Assembly: GCF_963921235.1 (NCBI RefSeq) | Contig: NC_086097.1 | Coordinates: 22,880,001 to 22,944,000, forward strand | Length of the DNA: 64,000 nucleotides | Reading direction: 5' to 3' | DNA from: Mobula hypostoma | Lineage: Eukaryota | Notes under the pieces: generated by a model | What the model was told of the DNA's origin: nothing | Database searches by the model: none | Seen by the model: only the letters and a program-made list of their open reading frames with translations | In this document: positions 1-12,200 of the stretch, piece by piece | Layout: each line of letters begins with the position of its first letter | How positions within the stretch are numbered: the stretch's first letter is position 1 | Program-made: the position numbers and the translations under genes

Positions 1-671
1 CCTGCACAACATCCGTTCATTGGTCTTTTCTGCTCTCCTCGTTCTGTCGATAATGATTGAGTCTGTTTATACTTTCACATTTATTTAAGTTTGATTATTG
101 ATGTTTGTGTATGTGACTGTCCAGCAAATTGTTTATTGCTCATTGCTGACTTGTAAACTGTTGGTTGCTATTATGTTGTCTGTTTTGGTATTGTGTTTTA
201 TGCTTGGCACCGAACCACAATCATTGGTAGTACGTTTCACATACTGGCAATAAAGTGATTTGATTCTCAACATCAGGGTGAATGTCACTCAGGCAGATTC
301 TCAGATCCCCATGTTCAGTAATTTGCAGTCTGTTCGTTGCTTTGAAAGAAGCTCGACTGCACTGAAACTACACTCCACTAAGTGTGATGTTGGAGAGGCA
401 ATGAATATCTTGACCTTTTTCCTACAGTGCAGGATAGTTTTCAGAGATTTCGTTCTGCAACCGAAAGTCTCGATATGAGTTTTTGAACCTCAGCTTCAGC
501 TCAGTCATTTTGTAGTGAAATCTGTTCCTTCTCTATCCTTCCTGTTAATTCCTCATTACAAGAGTTCAGGAATGGATTTATTTACCCAATCTGGAACTTG
601 AATTGAGAGAGGATCCTGAGATCTTGTTGACGTTCTTTACGTAGCTCATCCAGGTAGGCATAGCATACTTG

Positions 672-805
672 AAAACAAGAGATCCTGCAGATGCAGAAAA
701 TCCAGGACAGCACACACAGAATGCTGGAGGACCTCAGCAGGTCAGGCAGCATCTATGGAAACAAATAAACAGTCAACGTTTTGGGCCAAGTCCGTTCATC
801 AGGAC
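672..805 (-). mobile_element. Penelope-like element terminal (pLTR) fragment with degenerate hammerhead motif
   Basis: Reverse complement of the terminal region of the 38020-40125 element (gtcctgatgaa...gcccaaaacgttgactg...gatgctgcctgacctgctgag). Confidence 0.8.
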
Positions 806-899
806 GCTCATCATCTGGTATTCTTTCTTTTCTATATCTTATGGTCATAAACCCCAACTCCAATTATTTCTCATGAGATTCTCTTTGCTCAAACATATT

Positions 900-1255
900 A
901 AATACCCTACCCACCTTGGACATTCAGTCTTCTCCCCTTTCCTATTGGGCAGAAGATACAAAATGCTGAAAGCATATACCATCAGGCTCAAGGACAGCTT
1001 CTACCTTGCTGTTATAAGACTATTAAATTGTTCACTAGTATGATAAGATGGACTCTTGACCCCACAATCTACCTTGTTATGATCTTGTACCTTACCTGCA
1101 CTGCACTTTCTCTGTGGCTGTTTGACTTTATTCCACATTTTTATTGTTTTACCTTGTTCTACCTCAATAATCTACTGTGTGAAAATGGTATTCAAGAAAA
1201 GCTTTTCACTGTATTTTAGTACGTGTGACAATAATAAACCAATTCCAATTCCGAT
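900..1255 (+). mobile_element. Rex1/Babar-type LINE 3' fragment
   Basis: Degenerate C-terminus 'GHSVFSPFLLGRRYK...TIRLKDSFYLAVIRLLN', then 3'UTR, AATAAA and a (ccaatt)n tail. Confidence 0.75.
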
Positions 1256-1329
1256 GATTAGTTTAAAATCACCTTTGCTGAAACATAATGTTTAGAACGA
1301 TGGCTTCCGAAGTGGGTGATATCACACCA

Positions 1330-1343
1330 CCGCCAGGGGGCAG
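1330..1343 (+). promoter_or_regulatory. Candidate CTCF-binding motif
   Basis: CCGCCAGGGGGCAG matches the vertebrate CTCF core consensus and lies in non-repeat sequence. Confidence 0.5.
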
Positions 1344-1529
1344 TAAGAGTTTCTAAAGGTGTGATAAGAATAAAGGGGGTGGTGTGGGGGGTGGGAAACG
1401 CTTGGTAGGTAGCAAGAGGGGCAGCTGATGAATTACAGATTTAATTTAAAAAATGAATTACTTATTGTATTTGATCGTCAGTGCCTCATAATTGATGACA
1501 ATGATCACATAATTGTCTCACCTCTTGGT

Positions 1530-2110
1530 GATGCAGCTCTGTAAAACCCTGGTTAGACCATACTTGGAATATTGTGTTTAGTTCTGGTCACCTCATTATA
1601 GGACGGCCATGGAAGCTTTAGAGAGGGTGCAGAGATTTACCAGGATGCCACCTGGGTTGGAGAGCATGTCTTATGAGGACAGGTTGAGCGAATTAGAGTT
1701 TTTTCTCTTTAGAGTAAAGGAAGACAAGAGGTGACTTGAAAGAGATGTACAATATATTAAAAGGTATAGATCAAATGAACAGCCAATGACTTTTTCTCAG
1801 AGTGGAAATGGTTTGTATGAGGTGATTGGAGGAAGTTTTTTTTTGGGGGGGGGGAATGTCAGAGGTAAGTTCTTTACCCAGGGAGTGCTGGGTGCATGGA
1901 ACACCCTGCCGGGATTGGTGGTAGAGGCAGATACATTAGAAATATTTAAGAAACTCTTAGCTAGGCACATACAGTAGGTGATTGAAAAATGAAGGACTAT
2001 GTGGGAGGAAAGGGATAGATTAATCTTAAATTAGGGTTATTAAAGTTTTGGCACAACATCATGTGCTGGAGGGCCTGTACATTGCTGCAGTGTTCTATTT
2101 TGTAGTTCTA
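1530..2110 (+). mobile_element. CR1 LINE 3' fragment (degenerate)
   Basis: Encodes remnants of 'LVRPYLEYCV.FWSPHYR' and 'FFTQGVLGAWNTLP'; tail 'gggcctgtac...gtgttctat'. Confidence 0.85.
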
Positions 2111-2759
2111 TATTCTTTCAAATAAAATCAGGATAGTTATCTTTGAGATTGACAATGGTATACCCTTCAGTCATCATTGTAGGAAAGCTGTAAGATTAGT
2201 TAACACTGTGACCTTGCTATAGGCAAATTGACTCTGCATTTCTCACATTGCAGAAGGAGAAATAAAGCACTTTGTGACATCTCAAAGTCGAGGAAGGCTT
2301 TTTCCTTTGTTAAGCATGAGCTTACATGCAAACTGATTGGAGCCCCTCTGAACTCAACAACCTCTACTCACAAGAAGCAAAAGAGCAATAATGATCTGTC
2401 ACTTCTAATTACACTCCAGGGTGTGCACATTCTGATTTGGATATGCATTCTGTATAATTGTAACAGGGCCAGAAAGTAAACTGGATGATAAATTAGCACA
2501 TTGTCCTTCTTTGATACTGAATGAAAAGAGAGTTATTTGCCTGTTGATGATCTGGGCATTTTATTGGCACAAGGACAGCTGGGCAAAGAGAAAAACTCAC
2601 AGTACTTGCTGAGGACAGTAAGAATGAATGGTGGTTCTAGTATATTTTCCATACTTAACAATACTTTATGTTTTGTGTATTGGCCAGCTAACACGACTAC
2701 GATAAGTTTTATTGCCTTTAATCTATTAAATGTTCCCAAAGAATTTAAAGTGAGTTAAG

Positions 2760-3122
2760 GTTAGAGATTAGCTTTATACAGTGAAATCTGTCATTGGCAT
2801 CAAACCAAATCAGTGAGGGTTTTGCTGGGCAGCCCACAAGTGTCATCATGCTTCCGGTGTCAACATAGCGTGCCCACAACATACTAACCCTAGCTGTAAA
2901 TATTTATTATTTATTGACATACAGCATGGAATAGGCCCTTCCGGCCCTTCAAGCTGTGCAGTAGCCTCCGATATAATCCTTAGCCTAATCATAGACCAGG
3001 AGGAAGCCCATGCGGTCGTGAGGAGAACTAGCAAACTCCTTACTGACAGTGGCGGGAACTGAACTCCAGTCTTACAGCTATCACTGTAAAGTGTTGTGTT
3101 ACTGCTGTACCATGCTGCCCTG
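2760..3122 (-). mobile_element. V-SINE (HE1-like) with nested CR1-type SINE tail
   Basis: tRNA-like head with A/B boxes at 3060-3120 on minus, V-domain remnant and 'aagctaatct' tail; 2900-2995 is a different tail fragment. Confidence 0.7.
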
Positions 3123-3469
3123 TTTCTCAACAGGAATATGAAGGAAAAAAATGTGGAAATAATAATAATGAACGCTGGCGAAAGAATTAGGTTTTAAGAA
3201 TTATCTTAAAGGATGGGCGAGTGATGGGTTTGGGAAGGAATTCTAAATCTCAGGGCACAATCATTGAAAGCTCAGTTTTCAGTAGCGGGGAGATTTAAAA
3301 TTTTGTGCCAAAGAAACCGAAACTGGAGAAACACTTTAAGAGGGGAGTGTTTAGACCATAGAGTTAGAGTAGCACCTTCAACCTAACTACTGAATTCTCC
3401 CATGAATTCGTTTGGCATCACTACTTCCTCTCATCTCTTAAAGTATTCCTTTTGACCCACTTCTTTAAC

Positions 3470-4185
3470 AGAATCAGAATCAGGTTTATTATTACTGACA
3501 TACGGTATGTCATGAAATCTGTCGCTTTTGTGGCAGAAGTTCAAGACAGAGAGAAATTACAATAATTATAATAAAAAAAATAATTTGTGCAAAGAGGAAT
3601 AGAAAGGTCATATACATGTGTTCATGGTGGCTGTCCTGAAATCTAATGACAGAAGGGAAGTAGCTGTTCCTAAAACATTGAGTGTGGGCCTTCAGGCTCC
3701 TGTATCTCCTCTCTGATTGTAGTAATGTGAGGAGAACCTGGTGAGGGCCTTTAATGATGGATGTCGTCTTGTTGAAGCACAGCCTTTTGAAAGTGTCCTC
3801 AGTAGTACAGAAGATTGTGTCTGTGATGGAGCCGGACCTTCTGCAGCCTCTTTCATTCCTCTATACCAGGTGGTGATGCAACCAGACAAAATGCTCTCAA
3901 CCATAAACATGTAGAAATTGGCTAGAGTATTTTGTGACATACCAAATCTCGTCAAATTCAAATGAAGTACTGCTGCTAGCATGTCTTCTGCATGATCGAT
4001 GAATATGTTGAGCCCAGGACAGATCCTCTGAGATGGTGATGCCCAGGAGCTTGAAGCTGCGCACCTTTCCACTGCTGATCCCTTAATGAGAACCGCTGCG
4101 TGCTCTCCCAACTTTTATAGATAGCGTTTCAGCTGTGCCGAGCTACACGGTCACAAGTGTGGAGAGGAGCGCTTAGCCCTCAGCT
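3470..4185 (-). mobile_element. Rex1/Babar-type LINE 3' fragment
   Basis: ORF 3692..4111 contains 'RFGMSQNTLANFY..MVESILSGCITTWY'; (tctgat)n tail. Confidence 0.85.
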
Positions 4186-4216
4186 TTAACCAAGCATTTA
4201 AATTTTTTACTCTGAT

Positions 4217-4820
4217 AGATTATGAAGAAATGCAGTCCTCTTTTATTGTCATTTAGTAATGCATGCATTAAGAAATGATACAATATTTCCTCCGGTGTGA
4301 TATCACACAACGCAGGACAGACCAAGACTGAAAAAACTAACAAAACCCAATAATTATAGCATATAGTTACAACAGTGCAACAATACCATAACTTGATGAA
4401 GCACAGTCCATGGCACAGTAAAAAGTTCAAAGCCTCTCAAATGTCCCACATCTCATGCAGACGGGAGAAGGAAGAAAACTCTCCCTGCCATGCCCGACCA
4501 CAGTCCGACTCTGAGTCATCTGAAAGCTTCGAGCCTCTGATCAGCCCTCTGACACCGAGTACCAAGCACCATCTCTATCCGACCGATTCGACCTTGATCT
4601 CCGTCACCAGAAGCAGGCAAAGCCGGGGATTTTGGGGCCTTCCCTCCAGAAGATTTCTCGATCGCCCAGTAACAACAGCAGTGAACTGGCGTTTTTAGAA
4701 ATTTCTCCAGATGTTCCTCTGTGCTTTCACGTATGTCTCCATCAAATCAGAATTGTCCACAGCCCCTATTTAACGGATACAATATCATTTTCACCGGAGG
4801 GCTAGCTCCTCCTCCCGCCA
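4217..4820 (-). mobile_element. Non-autonomous retroelement with LINE-type 3' tail
   Basis: Its 3' ~230 bp recur on + at 61893-62120 (gcattactaaatgaca.taaaagaggactgc...cataatct); no ORF. Confidence 0.65.
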
Positions 4821-4838
4821 ATAATACTTCTTTATCAA

Positions 4839-5090
4839 GGTTATGTATTTAATATTTCAGTAATATTTGAGTGATATTTTAAATATATTGTTTGATAAAG
4901 CATCCTTTGTTGTTTATATAATGCATTGTGAGTTGCATGTAAAAGTATGTGAATGGCATACATCATTAGGCCACCACGTCATAAGTGTGCATCTTGCTAA
5001 AAGTAAAAATGATGTTAACATACGTGAGTTATTCCGGCTCCACGTTTTTCATCCAATTAAATTTATGTTTTAGAGTCACAAAACATAACA
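4839..5090 (+). mobile_element. Solo LTR-like repeat (Gypsy-type)
   Basis: Ends in ...caaaacataACA after an AGTAAA signal; homologous inverted copy at 63829-64000. Confidence 0.6.
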
Positions 5091-5127
5091 GCATTCAAAT
5101 CCATTTGCTCCTTCAAAAGATTCAAGA

Positions 5128-5552
5128 GAAGATTAGCTTTATTTGTCACAAGATCATCGACAAATGCATTGAATTCTATTGCTTGTGTCAACAACCAGCA
5201 CACTCCAAGGATGTGCAGGGTGCAGCCTGCATGTGTTGCCATGCCCACACTTACCAACCATAACCCGTACATCTTTGAAGTGTGCAAGGCAACCAGAGCA
5301 CCCAGGGGAAACCCACGTTGTCAGGGGGAGAACGTACAAACTCCTTAAAGACAGAAAACACGAGGAAATCTGCCGATGCTGAAATTTCAAGCAACACACA
5401 TAAGTCGACGTTTTGAGACCTGGCCCGAAACGTTGACTGTACCTCTTCCTATAGATGCTGCCTGGCCTGCTGCGTTACACCAGCAATTTTTATGTGTGTT
5501 CCTTAAAGACAGTGGTGGGATTTGAACCCAGCTCTGTAAAGCATTGCACTGT
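5128..5552 (-). mobile_element. V-SINE interrupted by a Penelope-derived insertion
   Basis: V-domain (gagtttgtacgttctcccc...gggtttcccctgggtgctctgg on minus) split at 5355-5499. Confidence 0.8.
5355..5499. mobile_element. Fold-back Penelope-derived mini-insertion with 13-bp TSD
   Basis: TCCTTAAAGACAG at 5342-5354 and 5500-5512; left part is pLTR sequence on minus, right part on plus (aacacacataa...ttatgtgtgtt). Confidence 0.85.
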
Positions 5553-6299
5553 GTACAAGTCATTATTCTAGTCAATAATACTAAAGTATTTGGAGTTGCA
5601 GAAATGGGGAGGAGTATATGCATGGATGATTTGACCAGGAAGATGAGAATGTTAAGATTCAGATACTAAACTGGGAGTCAGTGTATGTTGGTGAATAGAG
5701 TTCCGAATGCAAATGTCTGTCAGCTTTAATGCAGTTTCCATTGAAGGCAACTATTAATGTCCATCCTTGATGAACTCCGGATCTGGCAACATTTACATTT
5801 CAAGCTGATTGGAACCAGGGAAATGTTTTAGCATAACAAATGGCAATAGATGGAGCTTTGAGGAAGGTTTGAAGGCATACTGTGATTTGCTTGCGAGAAA
5901 AAAAGGATTTGGCTTGTTGCTATCTTTAGTTATCACAGCTGATGTGTTCTTCTTGCCTGTTCAACTTAACAGCTCCTGTAATGAATTTAATCACAATGTC
6001 AATTGAAATGCGACAGAAAAGAACGATTGATTGATGCTGGAAAAGATAAAGGCTTGTATTTTCTGATGATGCATGGTGTAACTGCTATATGAGGTTGAGA
6101 GAATGAAATCTTTTTGTGTCACCAAACCATAGATCTTGAGGCAAGGTTTATCAGGTGACATGTGGTTTTCTGTGGTCATAGCTACCTGACGAACCCAATT
6201 AAAACTTATATTACTGATAGTCTTTATCTACCTAAACATGTCATCATGTTCTGTTAGAAAAATAACTTGAATTGTGAGGTATTAATATTCATCTTATGC

Positions 6300-6650
6300 T
6301 CCCAGTGCAGTGCCTAATGCTGCACTCTCACAGATGCAGGGACAGCAGTGACTTTCAGATGGGACTTATATTGAAGCTCCTTGTGTTTCTGAAGCTGGAT
6401 GCAAATGAGACTGACAGTATCTGAAGAGGGCTTGGAGTGTAGTTTCTTCTTCTCCCAGTCAATATTTATTCCTCAGTATCAAAATATACATGTTTTATGG
6501 TCAATATTTCTGGAAGTTTGCTATATTCAAAATGGCTGCCATCATCTTTTTTCATACAACAGTACATTTCAAATGCCTAATTGGCTATAATCTGCTTTGT
6601 GACATCCTGAGGCCTTGAAAGACGCTCTGTTAAAGTAGACTCCCTTTGCA
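6300..6650 (+). mobile_element. DeuSINE (SacSINE1/AmnSINE1-like), old copy
   Basis: Recognisable Deu-domain and tail blocks: 'gctgcact', 'ctttcagatgggac', 'caatatttattcctca', 'aaatggctgcc', 'attggctataa..gctttgtgacatcctgagg..tgaaagacgct'. Confidence 0.7.
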
Positions 6651-6799
6651 TTTCGTGATATGGGAAGAGATATGTTTGTTTTTATCCAAATCAAATTTTT
6701 AAAACATGTAGTCTATTTTCATACATTTACTCCCTGTGACCTCTGCTGCTCTCTGACTCTTCGATCAGCTGCTCTCTCAGACTCACTACCACAGTTTTG

Positions 6800-7070
6800 T
6801 GTCCATGATTCACTGTCCTCTCATATTAGATTCCTTCTTCAATCCCTTACCTCTTCCTCCTATCCCCTCCCAGCTTTGTGCTTCATCCCTTCCCCCTCAC
6901 TCACCCATTTTCCCCTCACCTGGTCTCACCTATCACCTTCCAGCTTGTACTCCTTCGCCCTCCACATCTCCTTATTCTGGCTTCAACCCCCATCCTCCTC
7001 AGACCTGACAAAGAGTCTCGAGCCAAAACATCAACACTTTGTTCACCTCCACAGATGCTACCTGACCTGA
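6800..7070 (+). mobile_element. Penelope-like 3' fragment
   Basis: Pyrimidine-rich 3' region, degenerate hammerhead (cctgacaaagagtctcgagccaaaacatcaac) and 'gatgctacctgacctg'. Confidence 0.75.
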
Positions 7071-7589
7071 TAAACCCAACAGGCTGGGATATAATGCGGA
7101 TTGGATGTAAAAAATGATAATATAGTCTGAATTTGATTACAGACTGCAATCCACATTCACAGATTCCTGGCTGCATGCATTTTTTGATAGTTTGGTTCTA
7201 GATTCCATGTTATGCTACAAACTTTTCTAATTCGGATAAGAATTTGGAGGCTACCAAATACAATTCAGTTACAGCCTTAAACCATATCTATTGAGGAGAA
7301 ATTGCCATCATACTTTAGCAGGTTGAATCTAAATTATTCAGATTAAATAAAAGCCCCATTCCAGCTTGGTCAGAAATCAGATAATGTGGTAAGAGGATTT
7401 GAAGAAAGAAATGAAACTGCATTAAGACACCTAAGTAGCATAGAAATTTGCTCGCAGGTGCTAAACGAGTATCGGTCACTGCCACACTTTCCTCTTGATA
7501 ATTGATTCTGTTGACACCAGAAGAATTGAATGGCAGGAGAGGTACTGTCCATGTAAAGTCACATTGAATGTATTAACAGTGATTGTAGA

Positions 7590-7895
7590 GATTAAAGATG
7601 TTAACTTTATTTATCACATGAACATCGAAACATTGAAACACACAGTGAAATGCGCTGTTTGAATCAACAACCAACACAGTCCAAGGATGTGCTGGGGGCA
7701 GCCTGCAAGTGTTGCCACGCCTCTGGCTCCAAACAAAACATAGCATGCCCACAACTTACTCGCCTGTGCAGCTTTGGAGAACAGGAGGAAACTGGAGCAC
7801 TACACAGGAAGAAAGAACAAACGCTTTATAAGCAGAGGTGGGAATTAAACCCTGATTGCTGGCACTCTAAAGTCCAACACTAGCTGTTGCGCTAT
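7590..7895 (-). mobile_element. V-SINE
   Basis: Same head and tail as the 5128-5552 copy. Confidence 0.7.
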
Positions 7896-7949
7896 GCACA
7901 GACCTGACTATAAGTATGCATAATAAATATGTCAATGTATACAGAGCCA

Positions 7950-8223
7950 TGTAGATTCCTTCTTTTTTACCCCTTTGTCATTTACAATGATTACCTCCCC
8001 GCCCACCCACCTGGCTTCACCTATTACGTTCTCCTTCCCCTCCCCCCACCCCACCTTCTTATTTTGGCATCTTTCTCCTTCCTTTACAGTCCTGATGAAG
8101 GGTCTCAGCCTGAAAGTTGAACTGTTTATTCATTTCCATAGAGACTGCTCGACCTGCTGAGCTCCTTGACCGTTTTGTGCCTGTTGCTTTGGATTTTCAG
8201 CATCTGCAGGTTCTCTTGTGTTT
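7950..8223 (+). mobile_element. Penelope-like 3' fragment
   Basis: cagtcCTGATGAagggtctcagcctGAAAgttgaactg, then the terminal 'ggattttcagcatctgcag'. Confidence 0.8.
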
Positions 8224-8697
8224 AAGATACAAGTTATATCTTAGAATCGTAAAGTGATTGGCAGACAATGAAAACATTTGGCCACAGTTAGAAAGTAGGA
8301 TGACAGATGGGCTGATAACTAGAGTAAGATTTACTTTGATAGGTTCCTTGAATGAAACATCCAATTAATTCCTCTGTACTGTTCTTTATTTATAACAGTT
8401 TAATTGTTCTGCTTTCAAATATATATCCAGTTTCCTTCTAAAAATAACAATGAAATCAACATCTGCTGCCCTCTTCCATGCACAATTTCTTATAGTTTTC
8501 ATGTTGCCTTTTAATCAACAGCTTACAACTGTGACTGACCCATTTGCTCTGTTACTTGCTAATCTGAAACGAATGGAGCAAATTCAGTGCAGATCCTCGC
8601 TACCTGGAATGCCTGTTTGAGATTGTGGTGAATCCATTGCAAAGCGACTTTCCTTGGAGGGGTTCAGAATGTCTGCAGGATTCTTCCGAGCATATTA

Positions 8698-10475
8698 CAA
8701 AGTCAAAGTCTAATTAAATTTATTATCAATGTTCATATATGTTACCATATACTACTTGAAATTAAGTTTATGGCAGGCACTTACCGGAAAATTTAAAAAA
8801 GCAATGGAATTTATGAAAAATTATACATAAACAAAGACTTTCAAACAACCAATGTGCAAAAGAAGGCAAACTGTGCAGATAAAAAAAGTACTGAGAACAC
8901 GAGTTGTAAAGATTTCTTGAAAGTGTGTGTAGGTTGTGGAATCCATTCAGACTAGCGATGAATGAAGTTATCTACACTGGTTCAGGAGCTTGATGGTAGT
9001 TGAATATTTATTCCTGAACCTGGTAGTGTCGGGCCTAAGGCTCATTATATCAAAGTTCAAAGTAAATTTTATTATCAAAGTACATATATGTCACCTTATA
9101 CATCCCTGAGATTCATTTTCTTGTTGGCACACTCAGCAAATTTACTGTGTACATACATCTATTGATGCTTCTGGACACATCTTCAGTGATGTTCCTGGAA
9201 TCATGGGGTGTTTCAGGTCTTTCAACATCATACAACCTCCTCCAGGTGACCCAGCCGGGGCTGATCAGACCCCAGCTTGTGTCCGGATGGCTAGCTACTT
9301 ATGACTCCATGGCTCCCCTCTTTTGAGCCACAGCCATCTTGAGGCCCTCTCTGCCGCACTGGTGGTACTGCGGATGGCTCTCCTCTTCCTCTCTCCCTCG
9401 ATGCCCAAAATGCTGAAGGCTCTAACTAAAGAACGGGCTATGAATCCCTTACAAGCAACCTCCACTGGGAGACACTTTGCTCTCCATCCAGCCAGCTGAC
9501 AGTTGCTGACCAGTCCTGCGTACTTGGAGAGCTTCCTTTCAAAGGCCTCTTCCAAGCTATCTTCCCATGGGACTGTCAGCTCCAGTAGCACCACTCGCTT
9601 AGTAGACTCAGACACTAGGACAATGTCTGGTCGCAGGGTGGTGGCTGCGATATGGTTGGGGAACTTCAGCTGCCCTTCGAGGTCCACCAACAGCTGCCAG
9701 TCCCTTGCAGAGGTCAGAATGCCTGCAGATGTTCTTTTGGCGGGTATTGGCTGCTCCCCAGCTCTGACAAAGGCAATGGTCTGCTTGGAGGGTCGGGACC
9801 ACTTCGCCCACTCAACTCCTGCTCTGATGGCTTCAGCGATGGTCTTCAGGACCTGATCATGCCTCCACCTGTACCGTCCCTCACCAAGTGCCCTTGCGCA
9901 GCCGCTGAGCATGTGCTCCAGGGTTCCTCGCTTGGAGCAAGAAAGTAATTGTAACAGGATTAATGAAAGCTCAACCAGGGTGCAGAAGACAACAAACTGT
10001 GTAAATGCAAATATAAATAAATAGCAATAAATAACGAGAACACAAGGTAATGAGATGAAGAGTCCTCAAAGTGAGATAATTGGTTGTAGGAACATTTCAA
10101 CAGATGAGTATTTAAATATATTTATCCCCCCTTTGTTCAAGAACCTGATGGTTGAGGGGTAGTGAATCTTGAATCTGGTAGTGTGAGTCCTGAGGCTTTT
10201 GTATCTTCTATCTGATGGCAATAGCAAGAAGAGAGCATGACCTGGGTGGTGAGGCTATTTGACAATGCATGCTGCTTTCCTATGACATGTTCATGTAAAT
10301 GCACTCAATGGTTGGGAGGGCTTTACCTGGGGTGTACTGAGCTGAATCCACTACCTTTTGAAGGATTTTCCATTCAAAGTCATTAGTGCTTCCATACCAG
10401 GCCATGATGCAGCCAGTCATGATGTACTGGGCCAAATCCACTACCTTTTGAAAATTTTCCATTCAAAGGCATTGC
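8698..10475 (-). mobile_element. Two adjacent Rex1-type LINE 3' ends; the second is split by the HERO element
   Basis: (ttgaact/ttgact)n tails at 8698 and 9050; ORF 10280..10462 'TGCIMAWYGSTN'. Confidence 0.7.
9150..9940 (-). mobile_element. HERO-clade non-LTR retrotransposon, 5'-truncated (restriction-like endonuclease domain and 3'UTR)
   Basis: Open frame 9295..9940: partial CCHC knuckle 'CSKRGTLEHMLSGC', 'RYRWRHDQVL', PD-(D/E)XK-type 'RPDIVL...LLELTVPWE...RKLSKY', 'AERASRWLW'. Confidence 0.85.
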
Positions 10476-11519
10476 TCTCCACTATATAGGCAGATTTATA
10501 GCCACATAACGACTTTTCTTGGAATCAGCTTTCAGAACCACAGCAAGACTCTTACCCTATAGTAGATTTAGTCTTGATTTACTGGTTTCAAAAGAAAGAC
10601 CATCTTCCCACAAATACAAAGAATGAGATCTTTGGACTTCTCAGTCAATAATTGAGTATTTCCAAATGCTCATTCACACTCTGCTGAAATTCTGGAGATT
10701 AATTTGTTCGAGAAATTGCTTTCAATCATGTGCATGGAAAAACATCATCGTTAAATTGATTCAAATGTGGTGCTGCATCCCCAGGTGTGCAAGCAATGGA
10801 CTGAAATGATATTTATTTTCATTGAAAAAATATGCCAATAATATTTATATTTGAAGTGGCAGTCTTTTGCATTATGATGCCTGAGTGAACTTGATAGTTT
10901 TCTTTTGAATTCAATGCATGATAAATCCTGGGTAAATGTTGGCATTTCGACTTGTTAAATCATGAACAGATGAATAATGTTCATTAGCTAGAATGGCAGC
11001 CTATTTTGCTACAACAGCCTATTAAACTTTTTTATTTAATGTAGTTCTTTGCGCCGAGCAGTCTATCAGCCTTGTGGTCAGAAGAACTGATAGGGCTTTA
11101 TTATTTAAACAGCCACCAACGCTTTGTACCCTCAGTTCATGAAATTTTGGTGACTGCTACCATGTCCATGTATCCCTCATGATCACAAAAATGTTTCTAT
11201 AAATCTGCTTATATGAGCAGAAGTGACATTCAATTTTGTGTTAGGTAAGTCTTTTTTTAATGCATTTTCAATGCACCAAGATTAGAGTGAGTTTATTGTG
11301 AAGAGATTGAAAATAAATGACGGTCTGCGAGTAATTCAATACAATGGAAGATATTTTAAATGGACTGGTTCCCTAAAATGTGCAGAGTGTTTCTCGCTGC
11401 TGATAATGTACTTTATTCTTTAGCTACTTGTTAGAAATGGTTCTTATTTTACTGCCATATGCTCAAATATTCCTGTGTTCCCTGAAGGTTGCACTGGAAT
11501 GACATTTATAGACTTCTGG

Positions 11520-12200
11520 GTTGACCACACTTAGAATATTGAAACATCCACGAAATGTTGGAGGAACTCAGCAGGCCAGGCAGCATCTATGGAAGGGAGT
11601 AAATGGTTGACTTTTCAGGCCGAGACCCTTCGTCAGGACCCTTCATCATCTTTTCCACAGAAGCTGCCTGGACTGCTGAGTTCCTCCGGCATTTTAAGTG
11701 TGTCACTTGGATTTCCAGCGTCTGCAGATTCAGACTATTGTGTTCAGTTCTAGTTGCCTCATTATAGGAAGGATATAGAAGTCTTAGATAGGGTGCAGAG
11801 GAGATTTACCAGGATGTTCCCTGAATTAGAGAGCATGTCTTATGAGGAGAGACTGTGCAAGCTAGGGCTTTTCTCTTTGGGGCCAAAGAGGATGAGAGGA
11901 GTACAGGATGGTAAGAGGCACAAGTCAAATGGCCAGCCAGCGATTTGTTTCCTCAGGCGGAATGGGCTCATGGGGGGCAGAGTTTCTTTGACATGGAGTG
12001 TGCGTGTGTGGAATGCTGTCAGGGTTAGTGGTGGAGATGTACACATTAGGGGCATACTAGATAGGCACGTTGGTGATAGCAAAATGGAAGGATATCTAGG
12101 AGGGAAGGGTTAGATCAATCTTACAGTAGGTTAAAAGGTTGGCACAACATTATCGGTCAAAGGGTCTGTACTGTGCTGTAATGTTTTATCTTCTATGATC
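11520..12200 (+). mobile_element. CR1 LINE 3' fragment, interrupted
   Basis: 'PHYRKDIEVLDRVQRRFTRMFPELESMSYEERL'; split at 11542-11735. Confidence 0.85.
11542..11735. mobile_element. Fold-back Penelope-derived mini-insertion
   Basis: Inverted arms ggaggaactcagcag...ctgctgagttcctcc; TATTG at 11537-41 and 11736-40. Confidence 0.8.

Noticed and set aside
265..500. Multibranch RNA-like pairing (caacatca/tgatgttg, tgcagtc/gactgca, gagatttcg/cgaaagtctc)
   Set aside because: Stems are 6-11 bp, and a comparison region (2200-2470) gave similar stems by eye; cannot be told from chance without a shuffling z-score.
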